Position numbers and translations under genes: made by a program
Source: Macrostomum lignano
Lineage: Eukaryota
Direction of reading: 5' to 3'
NCBI GenBank assembly: GCA_002269645.1
Contig: NIVC01001784.1
Location: 62,001-126,000, forward strand
Length of the DNA: 64,000 nucleotides
In this document: one piece after another, positions 26,301 to 38,804 of the stretch
How positions within the stretch are numbered: position 1 is the first letter of the stretch
How the letters are laid out: each line of letters starts with the position of its first letter
The notes under the pieces: generated by a model
What the model was told of the DNA's origin: nothing
Seen by the model: the letters and a program-made list of their open reading frames with translations, nothing else
Databases searched by the model: none

Positions 26301-26575
26301 TGTGCAATTATTATCGATTTCGGAGCCGCTTCCGAAACGAGTTCAACGGTACGGTTGGTGGCAGCGGAGCCGGCGGTCTGCAAGCCAATTTAGGCAACAA
26401 GTGCTCGCATACCACAAGCGACGAGGAGAGCGAACTCATGGGCATTCTGTTTGAAGACACCGCCGCCGTCACCGCCACTTCGGATTCGGGCGCAGTCAAG
26501 GCTGCGGCAAGTTCAGCGATAGCAGCAACTCGATCCGAGGATAACAGTTCAGTACTGCAGGTGTCTGTTGTTTGA
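20329..26575 (+). CDS. DEG/ENaC (amiloride-sensitive sodium channel) family subunit, ~713 aa
   Basis: Exons 20329-20538, 22024-22532, 23332-23689, 24968-25383, 25927-26575 (GT-AG, phases consistent, 2142 nt). Motifs: FADNTSMHG (pre-TM1 HG), TM1 RRAFWLALTCL, FPDVTICNL, YWNCWSF, GPSDGLQLIL, GIRVLLHEP, Cys-rich thumb (C..LCGC), TM2 LSELGGIGGLWAGMSLVTFVE. Confidence 0.92.
20545..21125 (+). repeat. 22-bp minisatellite at the start of DEG/ENaC intron 1
   Basis: Unit GGGTGTCAGCTGGTGCTGCACT, degenerating after about 21000. Confidence 0.88.
21720..21950 (+). repeat. 20-bp minisatellite near the end of DEG/ENaC intron 1
   Basis: Unit TCTCAGATAATCTCAGCTTG, diverged copies. Confidence 0.8.
22660..23200 (+). 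repeat. ~25-bp minisatellite in DEG/ENaC intron 2
   Basis: Unit approximately TGTAAGTAATTCCCCAGTAGCTACG with indel variants. Confidence 0.85.
24072..24830 (-). mobile_element. 5'-truncated RTE-like non-LTR retrotransposon fragment in DEG/ENaC intron 3
   Basis: Frameshifted ORF pieces KARLWKAVVETVLLHNAETWTLT and RRRRLQLAGHVIRA match the region C-terminal of RT in RTE-type LINEs (VLLYG.ETWTL; RRL.W.GH..R). (TTG)5 tail on the minus strand at 24072-24087. No TSD identified. Confidence 0.75.
25428..25620 (+). repeat. (TCTCA)-like degenerate microsatellite in DEG/ENaC intron 4
   Basis: Pyrimidine-rich TCTCA/TCTC iterations. Confidence 0.8.
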
Positions 26576-26727
26576 ATAGCTTACAGTCGGAGTATTATAG
26601 TTTCTTTGTTAAGCATTTTTCAATATTTGCTTGCGTTCATCCTAGTTTTATTTTGTGTCTGAATGTAATTAAAAGTCCCATCTGTACACCTCCTTCAGTT
26701 ATCCATCTTAGCGGAACTTTGGGCATC

Positions 26728-27012
26728 AACCTTGGTTCCTCTTTGAGAACAACTCTAGTTTCTCATTGAGCATCAAAACCTGGTTCCTCTTTGAGCACCA
26801 ACCCTGGTTCCTGTTTGAGCACCAACCCTGGTTCCTCTTTGAGCACCAACCCTGGTTCCTCTTTGAGCACCAACCCTGGTTCCTCTTTGAGCACCAACCC
26901 TGGTTCCTCTTTGAGCACCAACCCTGGTTCCTCTTTGAGCACCAACCCTGGTTCCTCTTTGAGCACCAACCCTGTGGTTCCTCTTTGAGCACCAACCCTG
27001 TGGTTCCTCTTT
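26728..27012 (+). repeat. 24-bp minisatellite 3' of the DEG/ENaC stop codon
   Basis: Unit CCTGGTTCCTCTTTGAGCACCAAC, about 11 copies; AATAAA follows near 27077. Confidence 0.9.
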
Positions 27013-27911
27013 GAGTTAAAGAGTTTGAGATGGTAATCTTCACCCCCATCAAATGCAATCATTGATTATGTGATGAATAAAAAGTTTTTCCTGTCTCCAC
27101 TGGGTACGTTTTTCTAAAAAATTGCAGGTCTTCAATAAAAAATTACAGTCTGTTTTACAACTCAGTAGTGCTCACTGCGGTCCTTCATTTACAGTTGTGC
27201 TCATACATGTATACGATTCCATTCTCGAATCTCAAGCTTTTAATTACACAGAATAGTCAATAACGCATCCTGTACCCTGTACAAATAACTTCTCAATCAG
27301 TCTGTGTAGCGATCACAGCTATAGCTATAATTTATAAACTTTTTTAAGATGAGCCCCCATTATTAGGGTGACAAAATCGATTAATTGCCTTGCGCTCCCA
27401 CTGATTCTCCCGATTCCCCTAAAAACCTATGCGCGTGCGACTGCAGGCTTGCAGAACCAATTTGTCACGGTCGAAGCTCTTCTGTCAATAGAAAATAAAT
27501 TATAGCATGCATATTTTGGTTAGACAGCTATAGTTTGAAATATTAAGTCTAGCCAGTTAATATAATAAAGATTATACTATTTCGCATTAATCCTAATCGT
27601 ACCAGAGGGGTAAGAGGGATTAATACAAGTCTTGTGAGTTTTTCTCCGTAGCGATATAGCTCTCGAATACACACGGAATCTTCTTAAAGCATGTTATGGA
27701 AATATAATAAAGCCACATACTGCAGTATGATCTTGATTGATCAGTTTTTAGCTCTGGCAAAATGCCCACTGTTTACAATTCAACTGCAGCTTAAATGCAA
27801 AGCTGTTACATACATAAGTGATTGATTGAATTTAATCTAGTTAAGTATAAGTAGCTGCATGCACATGACTAAATTTCTACAAGTACATTATTTTGAGAAA
27901 CGGTGCTTTTA

Positions 27912-29015
27912 GCCCTCATTTTGGCGCCGCAGACAGCTACACTCATTTTGGCGCCACATACTAGACAGCTACTCATTTTGGCGCCGCAGACAGCTAAACT
28001 CATTTTGGCGCCACATACTAGACAGCTATACACTCATTTGGCGCCGCAGACAGACACTCATTTTGGCGCCGCATTCTAGACAGCTATACACTCATTTGGC
28101 GCCGCAGACAGACACTCATTTTGGCGCCACATTCTAGACAGCTATACACTCATTTGACGCCGCAGACAGACACTCATTTTGGCGCCACATACTAGACAGC
28201 TACTCATTTTGGCGCCGCAGACAGACACTCATTTGGCGCCGCAGACAGACACTCATTTGGCGCCGCAGACAGCTACACTTATTTTGGCGCCGCGCAGGCA
28301 CGATCATTTGGCGCCGCAGACGGGCACACATTTTGGCGCCACATTCTAGACAGCTATACACTCATTTGGCGCCGCAGACAGACACTCATTTTGGCGCCAC
28401 ATTCTAGACAGCTATACACTCATTTGGCGCCGCAGACAGACACTCATTTTGGCGCCACATTCTAGACAGCTATACACTCATTTGGCGCCGCAGACAGACA
28501 CTCATTTTGGCGCCACATTCTAGACAGCTATACACTCATTTGACGCCGCAGACAGACACTCATTTTGGCGCCGCATTCTAGACAGCTATACACTCATTTG
28601 GCGCCGCAGACAGACACTCATTTCGGCGCCACATTCTAGACAGCTATACACTCATTTGACGCCGCAGACAGACACTCATTTTGGCGCCACATACTAGACA
28701 GCTACTCATTTTGGCGCCGCAGACAGACACTCATTTGGCGCCGCAGACAGACACTCATTTGGCGCCGCAGACAGCTACACTTATTTTGGCGCCGCGCAGG
28801 CACGATCATTTGGCGCCGCAGACGGGCACACATTTTGGCGCCACATTCTAGACAGCTATACACTCATTTGGCGCCGAAGACAGAAACTCATTTTGGCGCC
28901 GCAGACAGACACTCATTTTGGCGCCGCATTCTAGAGAATCTAGACAGCTACACTCATTTTGGCGCCGCGCAGGCACGATCATTTAGCGCCGCAGACGGGC
29001 ACACATTTTGGCGCC
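27912..29015 (+). repeat. Composite minisatellite with GGCGCC core and higher-order structure
   Basis: Core CACTCATT(T)TGGCGCC alternates with GCAGACAGA and ACATTCTAGACAGCTATA. The block GCGCAGGCACGATCATTT...GCAGACGGGCACACATTTTGGCGCC recurs three times. Confidence 0.88.
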
Positions 29016-29224
29016 CTGAAGCAAAACTATTGAATTCCACAACAGATCACAAGGTGGTGTGGGGTCCAGGACAAAGCGTTGGCATGTCCCCCCATAGCTT
29101 TTCTGCCCCCACCCCTCCAGTGGCGACACCCCTGACCCCTGGAAGTACATGTATGTACGAGTATATAGAGTGTGATATTTCCCCAAGTAGCAACAATGTA
29201 GCCAAATCCATATTCCATATCAAC

Positions 29225-29770
29225 TGTTTAGTCTTTTCTATATACTAATTTTGCGCTGTATTCGTGCGTGCGTGCGTGCGTGTAATTGATTTTTTCGAGA
29301 ATGGCTCAACCGATTCTCTTCAAACTTGCACCATTCAATCAGAAATTTTCCTGGGATGGTGCATGCATCTTGGCTAAGAAATTGATCAATATTAAAGGGA
29401 TTAAATATTCGAAAAACATGATTTTCTGCGAAGGTCAAGCAGCTCTTTCGACCTGAAATGCATTGTAAGAATGCTAGAGAAAAACCTGACTGACTGAATT
29501 TCAATTCTGATAAAGATTGCATCACAGCAAGTTGAAAACAGTGCCAAAGAAATGCACACACGACTTGATTTAAATTGCGTAACCATATTGCTAACTTAAA
29601 TTGAGACTGATACTGGCTGACTGAGAAATTGATTATGTCATAACTTTTTACTCTAACCGATTTGCTATAAGAATTGAATTATAAGGGCCACAATTCATGC
29701 TCTCCAATCGACAAGAGATAGCCTAGATGCGAACAGACTGGAATGCTAATGTAGCGACCTGGGTTTGAAT
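29225..29770 (+). mobile_element. Possible non-autonomous Helitron/Helentron-like element
   Basis: AT-rich start, (GTGC)n tract, then GATTTTTTCGAGAATGGCTCAACCGATTCTCTTCAAACTTG, which resembles from memory the core block of invertebrate non-autonomous Helitrons. Ends are not defined. Confidence 0.3.
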
Positions 29771-29934
29771 CTTAGTAGTGCAAATCTTAGTAGTGTAAAA
29801 AAATAATTTTTTTATTAAAACATCTTAAAAACAAAATGCTAAACATAAAAGAAGCACAATGTCAAACAAAAGTGGCACCATTTCAAACATTAAAGGCCAC
29901 CATGTCAAACATATATGTGACTCCATGTCTAACA

Positions 29935-30490
29935 TTAAAGAGCCACCATGTCGAACATTAAAGAGCCACCATGTCGAACATTAAAGAGCCACCATGTCGA
30001 ACATTAAAGAGCCACCATGTCGAACATTAAAGAGCCACCATGTCGAACATTAAAGAGCCACCATGTCGAACATTAAAGAGCCACCATGTCGAACATTAAA
30101 GAGCAACCATGTCGAACATTAAAGAGCCACCATGTCGAACATTAAAAAGCCATCATTACAGATATTAAGGTGCCACCAGGTCAAACATTAAAGAGCCACC
30201 ATGTCGAACATAAAAGAGCCACTATGTCAAACATCAACGAGTCACCATGTCAAGCGTATACATGACTCCATTTCAGACATTAAAGTGCCACCATGCCAAA
30301 CATTAAAGAACCACCATGTCAAGCGTATAAGTGACTCCATGTCAGACATTAAAGAGCCATCATTGCAGACATTAAAATGCCACCAGGTCAAACATTAAAA
30401 AGCCACCATGTCAAACATAAAAGAGCCACCATGTCAAACATTAAAGAGCCACCATGTCAAACACAAAACAGCTACCATGTCAAACATAAA
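29935..30490 (+). repeat. 23-bp minisatellite
   Basis: Unit ATGTCGAACATTAAAGAGCCACC. Confidence 0.88.
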
Positions 30491-30491
30491 T

Positions 30492-30895
30492 GGGGTGCCT
30501 ACTATCTTGGAGTGCTTGCTATCTGGAGATGCGTGCTATCTGGGGTGCTTGCTATCTGGGGGTGCTTGCTATCTGGGGGTGCTTGCTATCTGGGGGTGCT
30601 TGCTATCTGGGGGTGCTTGCTATTAGGTGGATGCTTGCTATCTGGGGTGCCTGCTATCTTGGAGTGCTTGCTATTAGGTGGATGCTTGCTATCTGGGGGT
30701 GCTTGCTATCTGGGGGGTGCTTGCTATCTAAGGGTGCTTGCTATCTGGGGGTGCTTGCTTTCTAAGAGTGCTTGCTATTAGGTGGATGCTTGCTATCTTG
30801 GGGTGCTTGCTATTAGGTGGATGCTTGCTATCTGGGGTGCCTGCTATCTGGGGGTGCTTGCTATCTGGAGATGCTTGCTATCTGGGGGGTTGCTT
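30492..30895 (+). repeat. ~17-18-bp minisatellite abutting the previous array
   Basis: Unit GGGGGTGCTTGCTATCT with variants. Confidence 0.85.
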
Positions 30896-32825
30896 GCTGT
30901 CCTGGGATGTTTTCTTTTTGCATTGCACTTCATTTGAGCAGTTTTTCTATTGTCTATGTGAAGGCTTTTTTTTGGCCGTCTTTTGATACCTGTAGAGAGC
31001 CAGAGATTCTATCTAGATGCCCCCCATCGGGGGGGGGGCGAAGATTGCTAGTTATTTCTGAAATAAAATATCGGCAGTATAACTAGTGAGCTGAAGCTAG
31101 GCTTCTATAATTAGACTTTCTATCAACATGCAGAAAGTGACTAACAAATGAGTCAAAAATATGCATAGACAGTATATAGATTTGCCATGTAGGTAAAATC
31201 TCAAAGTCATATAAATTATAGAAATCAGGTTAAACAAATTTGCATATATTTATATAGCTAGCTTCTTTCAAATTGAAATGACACCTGGATTTTAGAATGC
31301 ACTTTTTAGTCAAAAGAAACTGTCATCAAATAATTATTTGCCTTACTAAAGAGACAGGCTAAAGACACCCAGGCAATCGGGTACTGGAAAGAGGCGTTAG
31401 CTAAATCCAGATTCATGTAAAAGGTATTAAAACTGACAGAGAACGAAAGCCGGCACTTCAGACAGACGGAAAGTACACATGTACATTCATGGAAAACTGG
31501 GCAGGGCAGGCCCAGAAAAAGGAAGCAATTATATAGCAATAGCTGTATAGACACAGTATACAGACAGGACAGCTTAGCGGCAGAGTGTTGCAATCACTCA
31601 AACTACAGTGCAACTACAGCTATTCAAAAATATCTACATATTTATTCTGGATAGTTGCTACGCGCGTTTTCTAGTTCTGCAGCAGCATCGAAGTTGAAAG
31701 AACTGCAATGAAAACATCATTATTTAACGAGGCTACATATATGAACTATTATAAATTTTTTAAGGCCGCTTTCACAAGTTTGAAACTTCACATTAGTCGG
31801 GACTAGAGAGAAGTGCCTTTAGCAAGACTTTTCTCTAAAATTTCAAATTTCGAGTTTAGGATGTTGATCGTTCTAGACTTTTAGTGGAAGTCATGGACAT
31901 CTGGGGGTGTTTCATAGACATTTAAAACTTTACAAGCGTTAACGGTTAGTATGTAGATGGTTGCCTTTTAATGATCCTGAGATTTTGGCCATAGACAATT
32001 GTTGACTACCAATTTTTCGACGATACGACATTTTGAGCTATAAAACATCCCCATCAGTACGACTCACTAAATGAGATTTAACAAAACAAGGTCAACGAAC
32101 AAATTCCCATAGGGGAATATTTGGCCGCGCTGAGAATATTACGCATTCATGGATATTATCTTATTCGAAATGTAAATACGATGAAAGTCTGCTTTATATC
32201 TATGGTTTTCAAGTTTGTCTAAACGAACTTTATAAAACTCATTGCAATGGCTGGTGAAATACATATAGCTGCATTACAATGCTAGGAAGCTAGAAATGCG
32301 AAACCGGTACAAACACTGGGAGAGTAATTTTTAACTCAAAACAAAGGACTGAAACAAGAAGCAGCGCAGCGGCTTACGCATCTTAGGAAAGAAGAGGCAC
32401 AGAGGCACGGTGGTAGGGTGACGGTAACGGCTGGAAAAGTACACAAAGACCTCTTGACTCGGTGGGCCGCACTATGAGTACGGCAGCACTGTACACCATG
32501 TTTTGTAGCGATGAAGCGATGGAACACAAAAGGTAACATTTTTAAGGTATGGAAGAAGACAGAGACTTGTACCAGGAGGGCGCTAAAAATCACAAAGACT
32601 TGGATAGGGTAGCGGACAGCGCTTAAATGTAAAGACGGCGGAAGTAACGGTATTGCAAGTTGTGACACAAGCAAAACACAGCTACATGTGCAAGGGTAGC
32701 TAGTGACAGACAAGCAAAGAATTGTCTCAATAGAGAAGCATGCAGCACAGCAGAGAACATCTGATTCAAGTTCCTGACAGCTTTCTTTTGTTATTTGTGC
32801 GCTCTCTGTTCTCTCTGACGGAGCA

Positions 32826-33380
32826 TCAAGACGCATGCATTGTAGGCGGCTCTTTTCTGCGCCGTTTCTCATCCGGTGCCGCTGCATTTTCCTGTCTATA
32901 AAACTGTCGCAAAAGCTCCACAGCTTCGTCCGCCAATAACCCAGCCTCAACAATCAGTGGAGGCAACTCCGGCAGCAGTCGAACATCCGAGTGAACATTT
33001 TCAACGCTGCCGCAGCCACCAAAACGTTCGTTGTGACCGCCAAAAACTACGCGTTTAAACGAGGCAAGTTGACGCAAGGCCGATGCGCACATAACGCACG
33101 GCTCAATGCTGACATAGAGAGCAGCGCCAGACAAAGCAACTAGCAGAGACTCAGCGGAATCTAAACGATCTCTCAGAGCATCGATCGCTACTAATTCGGC
33201 GTGTCTCGTAGCGTCTCGAGCTTCGTTGACACGATTCCTGCCGCTAGTGAGTTCAACGCCATTTCCATCTGCCGAGACAATCACGCAGCCGACTGGAACT
33301 TCGCCAGCTTCAAGTGCCTCATTGGCCAAGTTCAGGCAGCGGCGCATCCAAACTGTGTCAATAGTTCTAACTGAATCCAT
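32826..33380 (-). CDS. ADAT2: tRNA-specific adenosine-34 deaminase catalytic subunit (ADAT2/TAD2), 184 aa, single coding exon
   Basis: WM..CL.LA.EAL..GEVPVGCV, GRNRVNE..DATRHAELVAID (HAE), LYVSIEPCVMC (PCxxC), FGGHNERFGGCGS, ELLRQFYRQEN..AP: the full eukaryotic TAD2 signature set. Confidence 0.92.
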   Translation of the reverse strand: MDSVRTIDTVWMRRCLNLANEALEAGEVPVGCVIVSADGNGVELTSGRNRVNEARDATRHAELVAIDALRDRLDSAESLLVALSGAALYVSIEPCVMCASALRQLASFKRVVFGGHNERFGGCGSVENVHSDVRLLPELPPLIVEAGLLADEAVELLRQFYRQENAAAPDEKRRRKEPPTMHAS

Positions 33381-36300
33381 CTGTAACTTGTTTTGCAGAG
33401 TTCAAATTACTTTCAGTTCAATCAGTAGTGCAGCTTTAGCTTTATGCAAAAGCGCTGAGCAGGGTAGTGGAAAAATGGAAGCTACGGGCAGTCCTTTAGA
33501 AACTACTAAAGGACTAGGGGGTAATGGGCAGGTCTGCTGCTTATTCAGCAGTTGAGAATCAAAAGCGAGGTTTAAAATGACTGTATGTTAATGCTGGAAA
33601 GATCGCAATATAAATCAAATCTACACTATATAGTTTGAGGCTCTCTTAGTTGACTTCTGTTAGCTGCCCAAATTATCTGACAAAAAAGATTAATGGTTAA
33701 GACGGCAATTGCTCAGATTAGCATGCATTGGTGTGCACTATTTGACAGGGCAGTCAAGCAAGGCTATTCGCTATAAGGATTATCTCAACAAGGACAAGGA
33801 CAAAATTGACAGGGGATTTGCAATTGGTTAATCTGGAACAATTTTCTCTGTTGAAGCCGTAATCTAATAGAAGCATGCACAATATTACAGTGCAGTGGAT
33901 TGCCATTAGAGCAAGCCAAAAGCAGATTAGACTAGGATATCTACAGGTCAAAATACAGAGCTGCAACAACTAAATGTTTTTGAATTATATGTTCAGAAAA
34001 AGCTTATTGAGTCTTTCATGAGTAGAATTAAATTGTATATGGATGAGTCTAGAGATTGGACAAATTAATTTTTTTAAGCTGATTTAATTTGACTTTAATA
34101 CTAAAACAATACTGAGAATGAATATTTTAGTCAATAATATGCCCACTTCACTACTCATCAGTCCCTTGTCAGTAGTGCTAATTGATTGTTGAATGAACTC
34201 ATTCTAGATTTTTAAGTTTTTGATTTTTACATTCATAAGTAGAATATATTTAAAGGTATAGTTATTAAAAATGATTCACAAAGATTTTGCTATTGCTGTT
34301 TTCTCTAAAACTGCCACATGGGTGAGCACTTTAGTGAAGCCAAAAATTGCAATGATTCAACTTGTATGGAAATTTCTAGCTATATTCATTACTGGAAGCA
34401 GATGGTATTTAATATTTAGCCCTATTCCCTTTAGCAGCCCTTGACTAATATGCTTGCATCTTTATTTCTTGTCCAATGAAATGCACCTAGACCAAATGCC
34501 AACCCTATCTCTCCAAGTTTGTGGGAATCAGCACCCCGAAACCTATGTTCTATACACTTGATTCTTATTGCTCCACTTTTCCTAAAGCCTCCTAAAACCT
34601 TTGTACTCAGTTGGAGCACAACATGCTTTCAACAGCTCAAGCACCCCTGTCTTTCTTTAAGATGCATCACATGTTATCCCAGGACCCATTCTAAATTCTC
34701 TCCCTCATTCATAAGCCACAATACCAATATTCAACTCTTGACTTATTCTAAATCTTTGCACTATATTAAACAATCATTTTGTTATTTGATTGTTTATTTT
34801 CCAATTCTAATTCAAAATGAATATTTGTCCAATTTGATTCAATTTCAAATATTTTTAATATTCATCATAACTTTAGATTCATAGTTAATTGATTTAAAGA
34901 TCTAAAGATTTTTAGAACCCTCTTTTAAGATCTAAGAATTATACAATACAATAAACAAAATCAAAAGTTTTGTAGTCTTGATTAACTATTTAAAATAGTG
35001 TATATAGTGTATGGGTTAAACTTAAAGTAGACAGTAAAATTAAAACAATATCAGTACTATTAGTAGTGATCTAAGATTTTTTAGGTGGTAGATACAATTC
35101 ATAATTTATGAGCATATAAACTAAAAACTTGTTAAGAAGCCAAAAATTAAAACATCACCTTTTCATATTATTATATAACTAAATTTAGTTATAAAAAATA
35201 TATATCCATGCTCTTGTATATCTGATTCAAAGGCTATGCACCATACATGTCCAACTTTAAAATTTCACCCATCTGGTGCAACTTAGTTTTGTCCAGATTG
35301 CAACTTAGTTCCTCCTGATTGCAACTTAGTTCCTCCTGATTATAATTTAGTTTCTCTTAATTGCAACTTAATTTTCACTTTGTATATGACTTTTCTTGCC
35401 TTATTCTTCTTTATTCTCTTTCTTTTTCTCTCTCCTCTTTCATCTTTTTCTCTTTTCCTTCCTTTTTTCATTTTTTGCATTTTCAATTTTGCAACTTACC
35501 TTGGCTAGTGGGTGGCCATTTTACCCATCTGGTTCAGATGGGTTAGATGGGTGTTGGGTAAGCCTATGTATAAAGTGGCACTAAGATATATCTTTATATT
35601 GCCTTATTTTTTAAATAAAAAATAGGCTAATAAAGTTTTAATAAAATTTCAATGACTTTTCTAACTTTGTTTGAATTCAAATATATCAACCTTTTTATCT
35701 AAATAAAGTCATTAGGATCAATTCATAAAGGAATATTAGTTTATTTAGTTTAATATAAGCTATTTACTTTATATCAATATAATATAATAATTTTACATGA
35801 ATAAAAGTAGGGCTTAGGCCTAGTTGGGACCAAAATTGCAATTACAAAGGGCTTGTCAATTTAAGCTCATTAAGTGGAGCCCAAGTAACCAATATAGACC
35901 TACACAAATGATTTGACATAACATTCTGTTTGCAATGTCACTAGGTAGGTAGGCCTAGGGCCTAGGAACCTGGATTTGGCAGTGCCAGTGACAAAAGTTG
36001 AATTTTAGATAAGGGGGAATGAGCAAGAGAATAATTGGGAATGTTAGGCCTATGTCAACTTAGACTAATAAAAGTAAAGTCAAAAATAAAAAATCCCTAA
36101 TTATTATCCTCTTGTTTTATATAGGCCTAACAATTTATAATTATACTACCATAAGTGTCATAACGACATAAGGACAATTAGTTGACAAGTTCAGTTTTGA
36201 CATTAAGTCCTACAATTTCTCTAGAGTCCCAGGCTATAGCTTTAGGCAGCAGGCCTAACCGAGGCTAGACCCTAGACAAAGGTTGAAATGCCTTAGGCTT

Positions 36301-37687
36301 AGGCTTGTCTGACTCTGTCTCTGTGTTAGTCTGTGTCTCCCTAGCTATGATTATAAATGTAGGTCTAAACTCTAAAGGTAGAGTTTGCATTGCATTAGAA
36401 CTTAAAATACATAAAAAGGCCTAACACCATAAAATTGTCATTTCTTATGCTAATTAATCTATTTCTAATTGGAGTAGGCCCTAGGCCTATAACTATAAGA
36501 TTCGAGTGTAGGCCTAATAAAGTAGAGAATATGTCGCGATACGCATGGCTTTCTGTATTCAAAAGTTTTCATGGATAGTCAAAGAAACAAATCATAGACT
36601 TAGCATAGGTCATAGGTCGTAGGCTAAGTCGTTCTCGTTAGCTTAGATTATATCAATATTTAGTATTATAGGCTTGCTATTTTTTGGCCAGTTGCAGCCA
36701 TTTACAGTAACTTACACCAGTCAGTAAGGGGGGTAACTCAGTCAGTTTTCGAGTTATTGGAAATTTTTATTTTTACCATTAGGCCCTAGTGAGTGATAGC
36801 CTGATAGGCCCGACCTATATCTCTGAACACTTGTCAGAATAATTGCTAACACACACCTATTTTCGAAAGTTGGTCATGTAATTGGAATTAATCTATATAA
36901 ATTTCTAACCGACTATAGATTTGCACTTTATAATGACTTTTTGACCTTGTCCTATACTTTTTCTAGGCCTACTGTTAAATTAAAAAATCTAAGCTTTTTA
37001 TTTTTGTAAATGTTATAATTTTTTATTTTAATCTGCCTAAAGATAGGGGCCTAATAACAATATGAAATTTTGAACTGATTTAATTTGATTAGATTTAAAA
37101 TTAAAATATATTTGACAGAATAATTGAAATTCCTAATTATTCTAAACTAAATTTTATTTTTTTATTTTAATCTAGACCTATAATAGTCATATAGACTATA
37201 ATATATCCACTTTGCTTGTCTATTTATCAGTAATTTGTTAATAATGCTAATTGATAGTTAAATTAGGGCTTAGGCCTAATTAGTTTATTTTAGATTAATT
37301 GCTATCAAACAAAACAGTTATAGGTTATTATAAATAGCATATAGATTAAATGTAAACTTTTATTATTCTGCAAATATGAATGTTCTGTTTTTCATTCTAT
37401 TTTCTTGAAAAAACCCACCACATAGATTGAGCATTTTGGTAGAACCATGAATTGTAATACTAAAATAGTTAAACTCATATAAGTATTTAACTATGGTAAT
37501 TGTTAGAAGCATATTGTCTTTAATATCTAGCCCTATTCTAGCCCTAAAATAGCTATAAAGCAGCCAATATAGGCCTAGATATATCATATTATTGACCTAG
37601 TACCAAAAGATACAAGGTGTAAATAAGATATAAATTTTCAGTTTCAAACCATATAATCAAGCCTAAAAGCTAGCTAGATCTAGCCTA

Positions 37688-37996
37688 AATGTTGGGAAAC
37701 TCTAGCTTAAGGGCCACATGCAACCCACAAAGCCTTTCTATCTGGCCCTTGGATCCTTTAAAATTTCACAATAACAATCTGGCTATTCAAGGTTTTTGTC
37801 TTAATCTGTTTTCTCAGTTCTCTTTAATCTCTTCTCTCTTCTCTTCTTGCCTTTCTCCTCTCTCTTCATCTCTCATCTTCTCTTTCCTTACCTTCTCTCT
37901 TATTGCTTTTTTCTCTCTCCCCTCTCCTTCCTCTCTTCTATATTATCTTTTCTCATTGCATCTCTCATCCTGCCTCATCTCTCATAATTCTTCATT

Positions 37997-38095
<99 letters not shown>

Positions 38096-38182
38096 CCTCC
38101 CTTCATCTTGTATATCTGGCTGGCCTGCAGAAAAGATATAGGTTCTTTATATGGCCCCTGAGTTAAAAAGTTTTCCAACCCC
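37688..38182. mobile_element. Possible old hAT-like MITE containing a (CT)n tract
   Basis: Degenerate inverted ends GTTGGGAAAC...GGGCCACAT versus ATATGGCCCC...AAGTTTTCCAACCCCTA; (CT)n at about 37985-38090. TSD not visible. Confidence 0.3.
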
Positions 38183-38804
38183 TAATCTAAGCCTAAGATA
38201 TTAGCACTCCTTTTAGCTTTGGCATCAAAGCTTCCCTTTTAAGCCATAGATTAACTCCAGCACCCTCTTTGATGCTTGAACTATCAAAAACTCCCTATTG
38301 AACCTTTAACTTCTCAAAAAACCCATGAACCATAAACTTTCAATGATTCCCTTTATGAGTCTTGAAATCTTAGCACCCCAAGAGCCCTAACAACTCATTA
38401 AGTACCCAAATAAACTTTGATATCTTAGCAATTATCCCTGTAAGCTTTGACATCTTAGCAATTCTCCTTTAAGCTTTGAGATCTCAGCAATTCCCCTGTA
38501 AGCCTTGACATCTTACCAATTATCCCCATAAGCCTTGAGATCTCAGCAATTCCCCTGTAAGCCTTGACATCTCAGCAATTCCCCTGTAAGCCTTGACATC
38601 TCAGCAATTCCCCCTGTAAGCCTTGACATCTCAGCAATTCCCCCTGTAAGCCTTGACATCTCAGCAATTCCCCTGTAAGCCTTGACATCTCAGCAATTCC
38701 CCTCTAAGCCTTGACATCTCAGCAATTCCCCTGTAAGCCTTGACATCTCAGCAATTCCCCTGTAAGCCTTGACATCTCAGCAATTCCCCTGTAAGCTTTG
38801 ATAT

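Noticed and set aside
27912-29015. CRISPR-like look (constant core with variable intervening sequence)
   Set aside because: The intervening segments are themselves repeated rather than unique, no cas genes are present, and the context is eukaryotic. The same applies to all other arrays here.
29718-29770. tRNA-like stretch ending CTGGGTTTGAATC
   Set aside because: No cloverleaf can be drawn; too degenerate to call a tRNA or SINE.
32336-32953. 205-aa ORF overlapping the ADAT2 3' end
   Set aside because: Different frame, no recognisable motifs; most likely chance openness in the 3' UTR.
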